The translations under genes and the position numbers were made by a program. A model generated the notes under the pieces. That model worked only from the letters and a program-made list of their open reading frames with translations, was not told the DNA's origin and made no database searches. From Hemiscyllium ocellatum (taxonomy: Eukaryota): a DNA stretch of 64,000 bases. Positions 50,600 to 64,000 of this stretch are shown here, in pieces; position 1 is the stretch's first letter; each line of letters opens with the position of its first letter. Location of the stretch: NCBI RefSeq assembly GCF_020745735.1, contig NC_083417.1, positions 63,922,001 through 63,986,000 on the forward strand, in the 5' to 3' direction.

Positions 50600-51905
50600 A
50601 GGAGTCAAGAATGTTGATGAGGGCAGAGCAGTAATCCTCATCTATATGGATTTCAGTAAGGCCTTTGATAAGATTCCAAATGGTAGGCTGCTCTGGAAGT
50701 TTAGATCACATGGAATCCAGGGGGAGTTAGCAAATGACGTTCTCAATTGACTTGATGGTAGGAAGCACAGGGTAATAGTGGAAGGATGTTTGTTGGACTG
50801 GAGGCCTGTAACTAGTGGTGTGCCTCAGGTGTCGGTGCTGGGTCCATTGCTTTTGTTGATTATATTAATGATTTGGATGAGAATTTGCAAGGCATGATTA
50901 ATAAGTTTGTAGATGGCATTAAAATAAGTGTTATTATGGGCAGGGAGGAAGGAAGGTTATCAGAAAATGCAGAAGGATATTGATCAGATGGGGAAGTGGG
51001 CCAGGAAATGGCAAATGCAGTTTAATATAGATAAGTGTGAGGCGTTGCATTTTGGAAAGTCAAATCAACGTAGGAGTTTCATGGTGAATGGTTGTGCCTT
51101 CAGGAGTGTAGTGGAATGGGGGACCTTGGAGCTCAAGTTTCACAGTTCTCTGAAAATGAAGTAATGGGAGACAGGGTAATGAAGAAAGCTTTTGGCACAC
51201 TGGCCTTCATCAGTCAGATCATTGAATATTGAAATTGGGAAGTTATGTTGCAGTTGTATAGGACATTGTTGAGACTGCGCTTGGAATATTGTGTTCAGAA
51301 TTGGTTACCTTGCTATAGGAAGGATGTCATTAACCTGGAAATTGTGCAGTACGAGGATGTTTCCAGGACTCAACTGTCTGAGTTATAGGGAGAGATTAAA
51401 CAAGGTAGGACATTTTTATTTCGAGCAGAGGAGACTGAGAGGCAATCTTTTGAAGTGTATCAGATTGTGTGAGGCATGGGTAGGGTGAAGGTACCCAGTC
51501 TTTCTTTTCCAGGGTTGGACAATCAAGAACTAGAGGGCATCAGTCTAAGTTTAGAGGAGATAGAATAAAAGGGAACCTGAGGAGCAACATTTTCACATCG
51601 AGGGTAGGAAGCATATGGAATGAGCTGCCAGTGGAAGTTGTTGAGGTGGATACAATAACAACATTAAAAAGGCAGTTGGATGAACACATGGATAGGAAAG
51701 GAATAGAAGGATCTACTGTACTCGGGGATAGTGATTTCCACGAATCATGATCTTAAGAGAGAAGTAAAAAGCGACATTTCAGCAACTCTTGGATGAGTAC
51801 ATGAAAGATCGTACAATGAAGGGCATGTATTAGAGTAGGATAAAAGGCTGGCACAACATTGAGGGCCAAACAGCCTGGACTGTGTTGTACTGTTCTATGT
51901 TCTAT
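50600..51905 (+). mobile_element. CR1 RT and 3' end
   Basis: MDFSKAFDKIP, SGVPQVSVLGP and KCEALHFGKSN motifs; ttctatgttcta tail. Confidence 0.9.
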
Positions 51906-54618
51906 AAGGATGGGTATCAAGTGCAGGGAACTGGCATTAGTGTAGATGGACATTTTTTGTGGTATGGACGTTTCGACCAAAGGGCCAGTCTCCATATTGT
52001 GGGACGCCATGACTCTCTATAGACAGTCAGTCAGTGTGGCATTTTATAAATTCCCACTTTGGAAATAAAACCAATCTGGTTCCAAGTTGAAATACAAACA
52101 GACTTGAAACATTGCCTCACAACTAAAATGTATTGCCTGACTTGAGGTATGATCTTTATTCTGATAAAGCCTAAAGTTATCTTGGAGTAGTGACTTAAAA
52201 GAAATTCTGAGATTTCCATATTAGTCAATCGAAAACTGCACCTCCATTCTAACTGATTAAAGACTGCATAGACATCTAGGTTTGTTCAATATATTCACAT
52301 AAACTGTGTGACCCTTTGACCTTTTACTTCTGAATTCTGTTTCCGATGTATTCTCTCTTCCTAGCTGCCTGAGGAAAGAGCTGGGGCTCTGAAAGCGTAT
52401 GATTTCAAATAAACCTGTTGGAATACAACCCAGTGTCCTGTTATTTTTTTTTTGCTTTTGCGAAGGGACTACTGGAATTGCTTTGAAGTATAGGCCCATA
52501 AACAGTGACACTGAGATGGTAATGTTTGCTAGTCACAACCCCAAACTTTTATTGACAGTTCAAAAATCAGAATATAAGTTTATTTTGATATTGTTTGTTA
52601 TGGCAGCCCTGTCACTTTCAGCTAAAGTACATCGCAAGGCAAAATCAACGTAATGAACTAAGTATCAACATGAGCTGCAGTACAACAGCGATGGACTGAA
52701 TGTGAATCTTTGCTTTTATTGCTTGTGTTCTTCAATGCATCAATTGTAATTAAGTTTGTCTAAGCGACAGTTCCTTAATGCCAAGTGTGCGATGAAGTGA
52801 TGTGATGCAAATATTACTGGCAGGCTGTGCAGGCCACATATATATCTTTAACCTATAGCAAATAACACATGAATAAGGTAAAGATATACAACTGCAACAA
52901 GAGGTCCAAATGCAAGAAGAAGGAAAGCTTAGATGGAATGTTACACTCTGGAGAACTTTCACAGTCAAAAATATGAGCAGTTTGTAAGTGGGAAAAGAAT
53001 ATTACATTTTTGGATTCAAGGAGAGAGAATTACCATCTGAACAGGGAGGCAACAGCTAATTGTTCCACCACTCTTCCTTTGTAACTCTTTTGCATAATGA
53101 ATGAGTTGGTAAACTCATCAAGTATCATGTTTGCCACACAAAAGTGTTTTGAATAGGATTTTATTGGAATCTACGTCAGTATAAAAGTAACTAGAAATCA
53201 ACAAACTGCAGATGTTCGGAGATGACACCCAGTTCCAGAAACGTGCGTGTGCGTGTTGAGTGTTTTCTGAATCAGAATAGTAAATGGGACAAATTGTGAT
53301 TTAGTATGTTTTTCCCTTGAATTGTCACTTGGTCAAAGTGTGTTAAAATTAATACACTGCAGAATTTTCATTGTTCTTTTATTTCCTCATTGTGTTTGCT
53401 GTTTCTTTAACAGGTTTATTAAGGACGTATATTTGCACAAAATCTGACACTTGTCAATACCTGATTCTTTATAAAAGTAATTTGTCCTGGGCGTAAAATA
53501 TCAATTCGTTGTTGAGTAAAGGAGCTTTGCTGACTTGTTCTCAATGCTGAACATTTTACAGTCTGTAAATTATATGATTGATGAAATCCAAACATAGATG
53601 CATTTAAAAATGGTATACATATTGGAAGATTAGGATTAGTAAAACAAAGTAGTTCACCTCTCCACTATCAGTCAGGACAATTTGAACAAGAAAATGCTTC
53701 AACTAAAAATGGATATTGGTGATATAAGTTGAAGCGTTCACACATTCTCAGCTATATCAGGAAAGCATTTCGAAAATTTCACAAAGACAAATGCAAAATG
53801 GAATGTCTGTCGGATGTGAATTTTAAGTGTGTTTCTAATAGCACAGAAATGTAGTTGAGACAAGATTGCTACTATTCATCACTAGATACATTTTCAGGAT
53901 ACTGCAATACTCAAAATTAAATTTGCAATGCACAAAATTATTTTTAGAACTATGTGTTGGTGCTCTTGAGCTGAATGACTGAGCCACATTCGTTGTTTTG
54001 CTTGATTAGCAACTCACAATTTTCAATATTAATTCTGTGGGTGGTTAAGGCAATAAGGTTAAAATGATGCAACCTTCTGTAGAACTAATAGTTAACCCAC
54101 ACATTGACCTTTTATTTGTTTTATTGTTTTTTTCTTAAGATGCATCACCACTTCAGTTCATGATTATCACCTTTTCGATGTTGCAACAGTAAACTGCTTT
54201 TGGAAAATATATTGTGGCAAAACAAAATACCATTGTAAGAGAGCTGTGCAAATTCTGTTCAAAGCCTCATGGACTCAAAACGGATTGTAGTTTATTCTCT
54301 CTGTTAGTATCTTTAAATTAACAGCAGATTAAATACATACATAACACAGGTCGATTCCAACAATTCTTTAGAATGACAAGTGACCTCAAATTTACTGGCT
54401 GTTGCAAGCAGAATTATTTATAAGTTGGAAATGAAAAAAATTGAGGAACAGCACAGCTGAGACTATTTGAGTAGTTCTTTAAAAATGTCAGAACCCATAA
54501 AATTTGAATATTTTGTGATGCCACATGGATAGTTGAGAGGTCGGTGGCTGTTAACATTTGCCAAAAGGAAATTGGCATCTCCATTCAGGAAATGCATGGA
54601 TTATTCCAACGACTTAAC

Positions 54619-55174
54619 CTTCAACAATTTCATATTCAATAACATGAATGAGATTGGCAATTCCAATACAGCAAAGCACCACAGAAATCAAAACACTCAC
54701 GTGGGAACATCACTCACCAAGAGAAAACAGCCAATGTTGATTTGTAGTAGGTCTTATGGATTCTGTATTGATTGAATTTAGACCTATGCCCAATAGAGTT
54801 AATTTTGTAGCATTACACAGTCACAATTAGAGAAACAATCGGCTGAATATAAATTATAACAGACTCGGTGAAGTTTTGTTCAGAAAAACAGTTGAAAGAA
54901 TTTTAACCAAATACTTAATTTCATTTTTACTGTAGATAACATTTTGTGCTACGATATCACTGTATTATTATATCTGTGGTGGGTAGCATCACATGGCATG
55001 CAGAAGCCTGAGTTGACATAACAGATAAATGAAAGCAAAATTTCTTGTGGATCGGTGGTAGTTTTCCTACCGCTGTGCAAGGAGTTGGGAGTCGGGTCCC
55101 AACTGCTTCAGTAGTTGTCCATTTCGGAAAAGCTTGATTACAAAATATGGACACTAATCTCATGACACTTGTAT
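54619..55174 (-). pseudogene. Degenerate second Ig exon (55174 to about 54930) and TM-like exon (54762-54619) of an older paralog
   Basis: VSIF..TTE..TRL..C.AVG and SFICYV motifs. A 144-nt phase 1-1 exon reads PTTNQHWL..*..VSVLISVVLCCIGIANLIHVI, flanked by ag and gttaag. Confidence 0.4.
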
Positions 55175-55408
55175 CTAAATGTATGTTCCCGATACGCATT
55201 GTTTCTATGTAGACCGTTCGTTTCTTTCTATAAATGGACGTATTCTGAATTTCATTCTTCATTTTTCTACATCCACGTTTTCTCTGTACATATCATCTCA
55301 TCAAAGGCTAGTACTCGTTCAGTCTGCAAATCCAATGTTTGACAACATCACTAATTTATTACTTTAGGCGGTATTTCAAAATAATTACCAGAAAAGCTAC
55401 CAAACGCC

Positions 55409-55435
55409 AATTTTCTGAACAGTGTTCAGAAAATT
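55409..55435. repeat. Perfect 13-1-13 palindrome next to the duplication breakpoint
   Basis: aattttctgaaca-g-tgttcagaaaatt. Confidence 0.95.
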
Positions 55436-55452
55436 TCTGAATTTCCGATTTC

Positions 55453-57283
55453 CTGCAGTGAGCTAGGAAAGGTGAACAGATATACCTAGTGTTACTTGGG
55501 ATAGTTTGCATCTCAACCAAAGAGTTGGAAACTCCATATAGCCCATCGGGGTTCTTCGCATTAGCTATACGTATCACTATTGCGTTCTCAAGTCATTTTT
55601 ATATCAGGAGATCGTGAGTTCCGACGGCTGAAATGCAGCTGTTTCACACGCGACGATCAGAGACAACAGTGGAATTTATTTCGAGTGGCCTGCAGGCAAT
55701 CCACAGTGAGATTGGGGTCACTGAGATGTAGAAAACGAACAAAGTTGTTACCGGATTTTGATGTGGGAAATTGAATATAATTCAAATTAATATTCGGTAG
55801 TTTTACCATTAGAACACCATTGGAAAGGGATACTTCTGTCATTTTAATGTTTCTCACATCATCTGCACCTATCAATTCAATGTAAACGCCAGCGTGCGAT
55901 GAATTTCATGACAACTGCATTTTCCTAACTGCTATCAATTCCGAACAGGGATCACTGGAGTCGATCATTTAATTGTTTTCTCTACACCAACACTGCCAGA
56001 CTTTCTGAGTTTCTCCAGCAACTTGTGGTTTTGCTTCAGATGTCCAGCATGCATAATTCTTTGTTTTAAATTTTGACAGCATCAAAATGGGCCAACAGTC
56101 GTCTATGTACTGGGAGAAGCACATTATTATAGATGATTTTCAATTACCATATCTTTGCAATTTGTCCAGAATTTCCACAATCGGGCACATATTACATAAT
56201 GTACATAATATACACAATAAGTATGTTATGTTGGGAGTTCTAATCAATCTAATTAAACTTCATTTGTTTTCGAGTTTTGAGAAGATTTGTAGCTCAGATT
56301 GAGTTTCTGGATGTAGGTTTCCTCGCTGAGCTGGAAGGATCATTTTCATTTGTTTGTTGTGCTCTGAGTCCGGCTTCATTTGTCTACAACGACACCACGG
56401 AAGATGAAAGTACAATTTATCTGAAAATGTGCTGATAGTCATGCATTTACTGATTTAAAAAAAACGCAACACAATAATTGCAAAAGCAAATCATAGTACT
56501 GCGGTTGCTGGAATTCTGAAACTAGCATGGATATGGCTGGAGAAATTCAGCAGGTCTGGCGGCATCTGTGGAAAGAAACAGTTATGACTCTTCATCAGTA
56601 CTCAACTTTGCTTCTCTCTCCACAAGCAACCCGATCCACTATTCATATCACAAAACAACACTAATTGCCTTTGATGTATTTACAACTGTTCGTCTTCCCG
56701 GAGTTTGTCACCTACCATTCACGCATCAGTGTGATCCGACCCTTGTTGAATACTGTACAGTAATAAAGTCCAAAATCTTGGAGAGTCACTTGCAGCAAGC
56801 TAACACCAAATTGCTTTCTGCTATTGCCCGTGATTAGGAATTAATTCTCGCCCTGTTTCCACCAATGCTCATTTATCGATAAATCCTTCCCAGAGGTGGG
56901 ACAGAAGCAGATCAAGGCTACATTCTTCCTTCTGGATACAAATACTCCTTTAGGTTTTTGAATAGCACCAAAAATAGCGTGTTCCTCAGCTGCCAGAAAA
57001 TAGGGTCATAGCTAATTTAATTGTACCATGCAAAACATGCAGATCGAAGAGGGAGAAAAGATGTTATATTGCAGAATTATATTTCCGTAAATAAATATGC
57101 GATAAATTTATTTAGGTAGGGTGATGATCAAAGAGGTATTTATCTGTGGAAATAACATCCCTGAGAATCAAGCATCGGAAAACCATACTCACTTTTCATT
57201 CTGAACACTAAATTTAATTGATTCCTGTCAACACTAGCTGTGAGACTGCAAAATTGAAAGATAACTTCCAGTTAGAGTTCCAT
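55453..57283 (-). pseudogene. Duplicate of the activating-type pseudogene (copy B): leader, V and a 3'-truncated C1
   Basis: Leader 57283-57225 with its donor changed GT>GA. V 56989-56716 reads AEEHAIFGAIQKP..LICF..HWWKQGEN*FL..LQDFGLYYC. C1 55720-55453 reads NAKNPDGLYGVSNSL..RYIC. Confidence 0.85.
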
Positions 57284-58222
57284 CACTTGTGAGGCTTATG
57301 ACGTTTGTCTTCCTGTAACTGCGGCTTCTGCAAATTGGCTTCATTTGTTAGGCCTAATCTTTGCATTGACACTGAAAGACATGCTTTGTTGACAGAACGG
57401 GGAAGATGCGACCTTTTCAAATGTCAAATTTCCCAACACTTGCGAGTTCAGTAATTAAACATGGTGCGCCAAATTAATGCAATCAATTGAACGTTTTGTT
57501 GAGCGTGTCAAACGATGCAGGGAAATTCAGAACGTGAAGCAATTAGATGTTGCTCTTAGGTGAATAACTGAACTAAGAACCAGATCGATATAGATTCGAA
57601 TGGGAACTGAGAAGGCAGATTAGAGAAGCTGAAAGAAAGATTATGAGTGGTGAAAAAGCACACCAAAAAGCTTTTCCTGGCATTCACTAACTAAACAGCT
57701 GCTAAGAAATGGATTGTGGACGACCAGGGTCCAAAAATTGGATTCATTTACGGTTGGCATGGCTGAACGACTAAATGCCAATTTGTAAATGTCTCCTTGA
57801 AGAGAGTACGGCCGTGCTCATGGCGAAGTGGTGGATGTTTCGTGCATTGAAGTTGTTTAAAATTGATATCATGGAAGCACTGAAAAGACCTTAAGTTACG
57901 TTGATAAGGATTCGGGACTAGATGAGATGTAAGCAATGTTACCAGGCCAAAGAGTGGCAATTGTGGACTCACTGGTTGTTGTGAGATAACTGAAGGGACT
58001 CGATACAAATTAGTAGCAAATTGATGGAGGAATTGATAGAATGGAGAACCGCCTCAGAAAGTGTCAAGAAACTTCTTAAAAATTTGACTGATCTCTAGAT
58101 AGACAGTTCTGAACGATTCTGAAAAAAAAACAAAAATGCCCACAGTTGCATCAGTGTGTATTTTTGTTCTTTTATCTCTCCTCTTCTGAAAAAAAAAGAA
58201 GCAAAACCTGGCTTTTGCATAT

Positions 58223-58538
58223 GGGTGGCGCAGTGGTTAACACTGTTTCCTCACAGTGCCAGAGGCTTGGGTTCAATTCCCGCCTCAGGCAACTGTCTGT
58301 GTGGGGTTTGAACATTCTCCCCGTGTCTGCATGGGTTTCCTCTGGGTGTTCCAGTTTCCACCCACAGTCCAAAAATGTGCATGCTAGGTGAATTGGCCAT
58401 GCTGAATTGTGCGTAGTGTGAGGTGAAGGGATAAATGGAGTGGAATGGGTCTGGGTGGGTTGCTCTTCGAAGGATCGGTGTGGCCGTGTTAGTCCGAAGG
58501 GCCTGTTTCCACATCGTAACTAAACTAAAAATAAAAAA
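58223..58538 (+). mobile_element. HE1-type SINE, duplicated with the segment
   Basis: Same flanks as the copy at 4465; A and B boxes present. Confidence 0.9.
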
Positions 58539-61500
58539 AATCTCTTCCACATCAAAATATCTGGTCCCTTGCCTTCTCTGACAGAATCCATTTCCCATCT
58601 TCATTATTTGTCCTTTTCGATTACAAGACCATGATGTGATATTGCATTTAACCTGTTATCAGTTATTATCAGGAAAACTACACCCTCCTCAGATCAGCAT
58701 TTTCCCCTGCCAGCTTTGTTGATGGCATATCCCCTAAAAAGTTGTTGGTCCTAAAACGTTTTGCAACACCAACAAGACTGAGTAAAGTTTAAATACCATG
58801 TAGTCATGAAACTTCAAGCATTAATCTCTTCAGTTTTCTCCCTTTCGCCCAAGAATACAATGTGTTTCCAATGCCAACATGAAGTTATACACAGAAACAT
58901 CCCGCCCCAACTGGATGGTCAGTGCTAAATCTGGCTTCTCTCAAAGGGCAGTGTGATGGACTTCATACTCTCCTTTATTTCCTAAATTGGAGGTGTGTGC
59001 ACCCAAGCTAGACAATAGTTTCGCAGATCAGGATTATTTTCTGAACCTAACTATCTGTGGTCACCACAAAAAAGGTTAATAGTCTCTCTCCTGCAGTGCA
59101 GGCAATAATCTACCGATAAGAAAATGGTAATGTTCAGTTGAACCACATTGGAAACAATTCCAATCCATGGGTGAGCATTCAACAAAAGACTCCATTCCCA
59201 AAAGCCCACCATCATGTCACATTCAATCCTTCATTTAAATCTGTCTCCAGTCACATGGACAACTGTTGGACGGGGAGTCGCTGCTTCATTTTCACTTGGG
59301 ACTCGCTTGGTCGGATTTAGGAAATGGTTTATCAGTTCAAGAATTCGCTTCCCTTCAGGAAACAGGTCTCTCAGAGGACAGTTTTTGTTTGAGATTGGCT
59401 GATACAATCAGCAACTGGGCACAGCCTTCAATATTTTCTATCCACCTTATTAAGAATGTTTTTTAACACCACTCCAGCAGGGATGACTTGAACTCAAAGA
59501 GCTACTGAAGGTCTTTTTAGATTTGAACATGCACACCAGCTGCCCTCCTGCGATTTGAACCAAGTCACCAGACGCTCAACGTTGCTACTTCAGTCACCTT
59601 ACCATTACACCACCCTCTTACCAGATACACCCCCTGATCACTCGGAACAATTTTCTGTTACTTTCATTATTTTAATCAAAATGCTCAGGGATGTTATAAC
59701 ACATTTACAGAACATGTGGAACATGAACCCTTCCCCTTTCTCCATTCAGAAGTAGGAACACTACCACTGCACCAGATATGATGAAATTTCCAATTATTAT
59801 TGTTGCCTTGAGATTGAATCAGAAGTTTGAGTTAATGACTGGAAAGTGATAATAAGCATACTGACCCCATCAAGGCTCATTTGAGCCACGTAGTTGTCTT
59901 CTCTACCATGATACGCCACCTACGTGGTTGGTTTGAGATAAAGTTAAGCAATGGAGTCCCAGCCAGCAATACTGAGTTCCCACGTGTGGATAAAAACAAA
60001 AATCTGTATTGAAGATCAACTGTAGTAAAAAGTAAAAGAAGTCAGAGTCATGGTCATACAATTATACAGCACAGAAACAGACCCTTTGGTCCAACTGATC
60101 CATGCTGACTCATTATCCTAAACTAATCTAGTCCTAAATGGCAGCATTTGGCCCACGTCTCTCTGAACTCGTCCTATTCCGGTACACATCCAGATGAATT
60201 TTATGTGTTGTACTTATAGCAGTCTCCATTACTTCCTCTGGCAGCTTGTTCCATACGCACACCATCCTCTGTGTTAAAACTTTGCCCCTGAGTCCCCTTT
60301 TAAACCTTTCCCCTTTCACCTCAAACTAACGGCCTCTAGTTTTGGTCTTCCCTGACCTGGGAAAAATACCTTGCTATTCATCCTATCCAAGCCCCTCATA
60401 ATTTTATAAATCTCTATAAGGTCACCCCTCAGCCTCCGATGGTCCAGGTGAAAAAGCAACTGCCTATTCAGCCTCTCCTTGTTGCTCAATCCCTCCAATC
60501 CTGGCAACATGCTTATGAATCCTTTCTGCACCCTTTAACAATGTCTTTCCTATAGCAAGGAGATCAGAATTAACACAGTATTCTATAAGTGGCCTAACTC
60601 GTGTCCTTTGCAGCAGGTTTCTCCCTCATCAAAGACCGAATACTGTTGGTGAGTTTCATTTGAAAGTTATCAGGCTCAATTGGGCGACACTAAAAGTGAA
60701 CCACGTCAGAAAGGTCAGTCTTCCATGAAAAGTAGAAATTCATGAGCAGATGAGGTAGCAAGGTGGGCAGCAGGATTTGCATTCCCAGAAAAGAAAGCAA
60801 CATAGGCTAATGGTCTAAAGGAGAACAGTATGCTGAAAATACATAAGGAGACATGCAGAGACAAATTGGAGCAGTAAGAGAAAACAGAAAATGGTAAAAG
60901 TTAAATGCAGGGACTGCTTCCATCAGGACACTTTTGGTCCACTCCTCCTCCACTCCAAATGCGCTCCATTCCCGCATGGCACCTCCTTATGCAGTAACAG
61001 AATGTATAACACCTGCCTATTTAAATCTTCCATCCTCACTTTCCAAGGCCCCAGACTCACCTTCCATGTGAGACAGTGACTTACCTGCTCTTCACTCAAT
61101 TTGGTCTACTAAATTCACCGCTCACAACATGGTCTCCTCTAGATTAGGGAGAAAAAATTTAGACTGGGCAGTTACTCGGTGAAACTATGTTGTGTTAGTT
61201 ATCAATTTCCGGAGCTGTCGGCAATTCAACACATGACCAAGCTAGAAGATCTACTCGGGAATCAATATCGAGTTCAATAATTTTCATGAGTTACTTGCAT
61301 GTCCGTTGCCCATGCCCAGACTGCAAGCCATGTCATGACATGCTTGCTTACAGCACAACCAATCTATTGTGTTGTTTATTCATTGAACAAATGTTTCTAA
61401 TCAACCTGTTCATAGGTGTTATTGCACACCTCTGCAGCAGGTGGACTTGAATATGGGTTTTCAAGTCCAAGAGTTGAGACATTATCATTTGTCCACAAGG

Positions 61501-61609
61501 GGGCCCCCGGCAAACCTATTTTCACCGATTTCAGTTCCTCATTATCAGCTTTCTCCTTTCCTGGCATACCAATAGGACCAGTTCTGGGGGAGGTGGGACT
61601 ATTGGAAAT

Positions 61610-63530
61610 TGTATGGACAGCACGCGGGATGGACTGGAACCAATATTCTTGGGGTTGTTTTTGCTAATGCTGTTTGGGGGAATTTAAACTAATGTGGCAA
61701 CTGGATGGGAACCAAATGCGGAGGTTAGTGGAAAATAAGGAGATATGATCCAAAGCGAGGAAGGAACTAGATAATGAAGTCAACGTGATTAAGGTTAAGA
61801 GTAGACAGGGAGCAGATGATGAATGCAAAGGGATGGTGGTCCGAGTTGCATTTGTTTAGTGTGAGAAGTGTAGTGGGTAAGGCAGATGATCTAAGGTTTG
61901 TATTCATACCTGGGAGTATGCTATTAATGATATTATTGAGACTTGGTTGAGGGAAGGACATGATTGGCAATTAAATATCCCAGGATATCAGTGCTTCGGG
62001 AAGAATACAGAGGGGGTTAAAAAGAGTGGAAGAGTTGCATTACTGGTCAGAGAGGACGTCAAAGCTGTGCTGAAGGAGGACACTGTGGAGGACTCGAGCA
62101 GTGAGGCAATATGGATAGAGTTCAGAAATTGGAAGAGTGCACTAACAATTTTGGGGTTGTACTCCAGGCCTCCCAACAGTGAAGATGAGATAGAGGTACA
62201 AATATGTAAACAGATTATGGAAAGATGTAGGAGCAACAGGGTGGAGGTGATAGGAGATTTTAATTTTCCCAACATTGACTGTGGTCCACTTAGTGTTAGA
62301 GGTGTAGATTGAGCAGAATTTATAAGAAGCATCCAACTTAATAGACTTCTTCAAGGAAGTGACCAAGTTGTTGTATGAAGGAAGGGCTGTTGATGTCATA
62401 TACATAGACTTCCGTAAGGCATTTGATAAGGTTCCCCGTTGTAGACTAATCGACAAAGTGAAGTCACATGGTGTGCAGAGTGTTCTAGCTAGGTGGATAA
62501 AGATCTGGTTGAGCAACAGGAGAAAGGGAATAGTAGCTGAAGGGAGTTTCTTGAAATGGAGAAAGGTGACCAGTAGTGTTCCACAGGGGTCTGTATTGGG
62601 GCCACTGTTGTTTGTGATATACATAAATGATCTAGAAGATGGCACTGTTGGTATGATCAGCAAGCTTGCAGATGACTCAACGTTGGTGGAGTAGCAGAAA
62701 GCATAAGGAACTGTCAGGGAGTACAGGAAGATATAGATAGACTGGAGAGTTGGGCGGAAAAGTGGTAGATGGCTTTCAATCAAGAACCTTTTGTGAGGCA
62801 AGTCTAATTCTTGAATGGAAGAGCCTTGGGAAAAGTTGATGGGCAGAGAGATCTGGGAGTGCAGGTCCATTGTACCCTGAAGGTGGTTGCACAGGTGGAT
62901 AGAGTGGTCAAGAGGACATATAGTGCGCTTGCCTTCATTGGACGGGGTATTGAGTATAAGAGCTGGCAAGTCATGTTAAAATTGTACAAGACATCGATTT
63001 GGCCATATTTCGAATACTGTGTACAGTTCTGGTCGCCACATTACGAAAAGGATGTGGACGCTGTGGAGAGGGTGCAGAGAAGGTTTATGAGGATGTTGCC
63101 TTGTATGGATGGTGCTAGCTATGAAGAGAGGTTGAGTAAGTTAGTTTATTTTCACTAGAAAAAAAGGAGATTTGGGGGAGATCTGATTGAGGTTCATAAA
63201 ATCATGAAGGGCATAAACAGGGTGGATAGAGACAAGCTTTTTCCCAGGGGGGAGGATTCAATAATAGAATGTCATGCTTTCAAGGTGAGAGATGGAAGAT
63301 TTAAGGGGGATACAAGTGGCAAGTACTTCACACAGAGAGTGGTGGGCGTTTGGAACATGTTGCCAGCAGAGGTGGTAGAGGCAGGCATGGTAGATTCATT
63401 TAAGATGCGTCTGGACAGTTGTATGAGTATGTGGGGAGCAGAGGGATACAAATGCTTAGAAATTTACCGTCAGGTTTAGACAGAACATTTGGATCTGCTC
63501 AGGCTTGGAGGGCCAAAGGGGCAGTTCCTG
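61610..63530 (+). mobile_element. Internally deleted CR1, paralog of 7310-9302
   Basis: Same APE-to-RT fusion junction at about 62320. Confidence 0.9.
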
Positions 63531-63534
63531 AGGG

Positions 63535-64000
63535 TTTTCTAAAGCAGTTTGTAAATAGCCCAACTCGGGAAGGGGCACACTAGACCTATGTGATGGGAAT
63601 GAGCCTGACAAGGTGGTTGAAATTTCAGTAAGGGTTTAATTTGGGAACAGTGATCACAATTCCGTAAGTTTTAGAATACTCATGGACAAAGGCGAGACTG
63701 GTCCCAAAGGAAGTGTGCTATGTTGCAGTAAGGCCAACTATACCATAATTCTGCAGGAGCTGGGAGATGTAGATTGGAAGCAGCTGTTTGAAGGTAAATC
63801 CACATTTGGTATGTGGCAGAATTCTAAAGAAAGGTTGTTTAAAGTACAGGAGACACATTTCCCTTGAAATTGAGGGATAGAAATGACAAGAGTAGGGAAC
63901 CATGGATGACAGGTGAAATTGTGAGACTAGCAAAGACAAAACAGGAAGCATACATAAGGTCTAGATGATTAAAGTCGGACGAAGCTTTGAAAGGGTATTG
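63535..64000 (+). mobile_element. CR1 ORF2 relic, paralog of 9320 onward, carrying the empty site of the young CR1
   Basis: caggaagcatacat-aaggtctagatg-attaaagtcggac runs uninterrupted here. Confidence 0.88.

Larger units (their letters stand above)
55453..64000 (+). repeat. Direct segmental duplication of 1710-9724 (copy A resumes at 12510); offset about 53.7 kb
   Basis: Colinear match of unique sequence, the HE1 SINE, LINE fragments and the same internally deleted CR1. Roughly 85-90% identity in blocks compared by eye. Runs off the window end. Confidence 0.95.

Noticed and set aside
52690-53810. Possible plus-strand leader (M*IFAFIACVLQCIN) and V relic after a strong acceptor at 53413 (PGRKISIRC*V; SQDNLNKKMLQLK)
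   Set aside because: No recognisable Trp strand or YxC, many stops and frameshifts; indistinguishable from chance in AT-rich DNA without an HMM search.

Overview
Repeat-rich vertebrate DNA, almost certainly from a shark or ray; the evidence is HE1-type SINEs, HER1/CR1 LINEs and Penelope-like GIY-YIG relics. The supplied ORF track is mostly repeat-derived and misses the main story, which is a birth-and-death cluster of spliced Ig-superfamily receptors on the minus strand. I reconstructed by hand one intact 7-exon gene at 35254-40124 (375 aa). It has a leader, a V domain with a built-in J-like GxG motif, a C1 domain, an uncharged TM, and a tail with two ITIMs plus an ITSM-like motif, so it is an inhibitory receptor. 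A pseudogenised paralog at 223-3496 has the same exon layout but a Lys in its TM and a short tyrosine-free tail (activating type). A tandem segmental duplicate of that pseudogene lies about 53.7 kb away (55453-64000), shares its inactivating lesions and is truncated inside C1 next to a palindrome. Older, lower-confidence relics lie at about 15.3-16.3, 29.8-31.0 and 54.6-55.2 kb. I found no credible RSS, so these look like non-rearranging, antigen-receptor-like paired receptors. The window also holds a young CR1 whose empty site is visible in the duplicate, inverted-repeat structures upstream of the intact gene, a hAT relic and a 132-N assembly gap. All translations, splice calls and alignments were done by eye; no database search was run.
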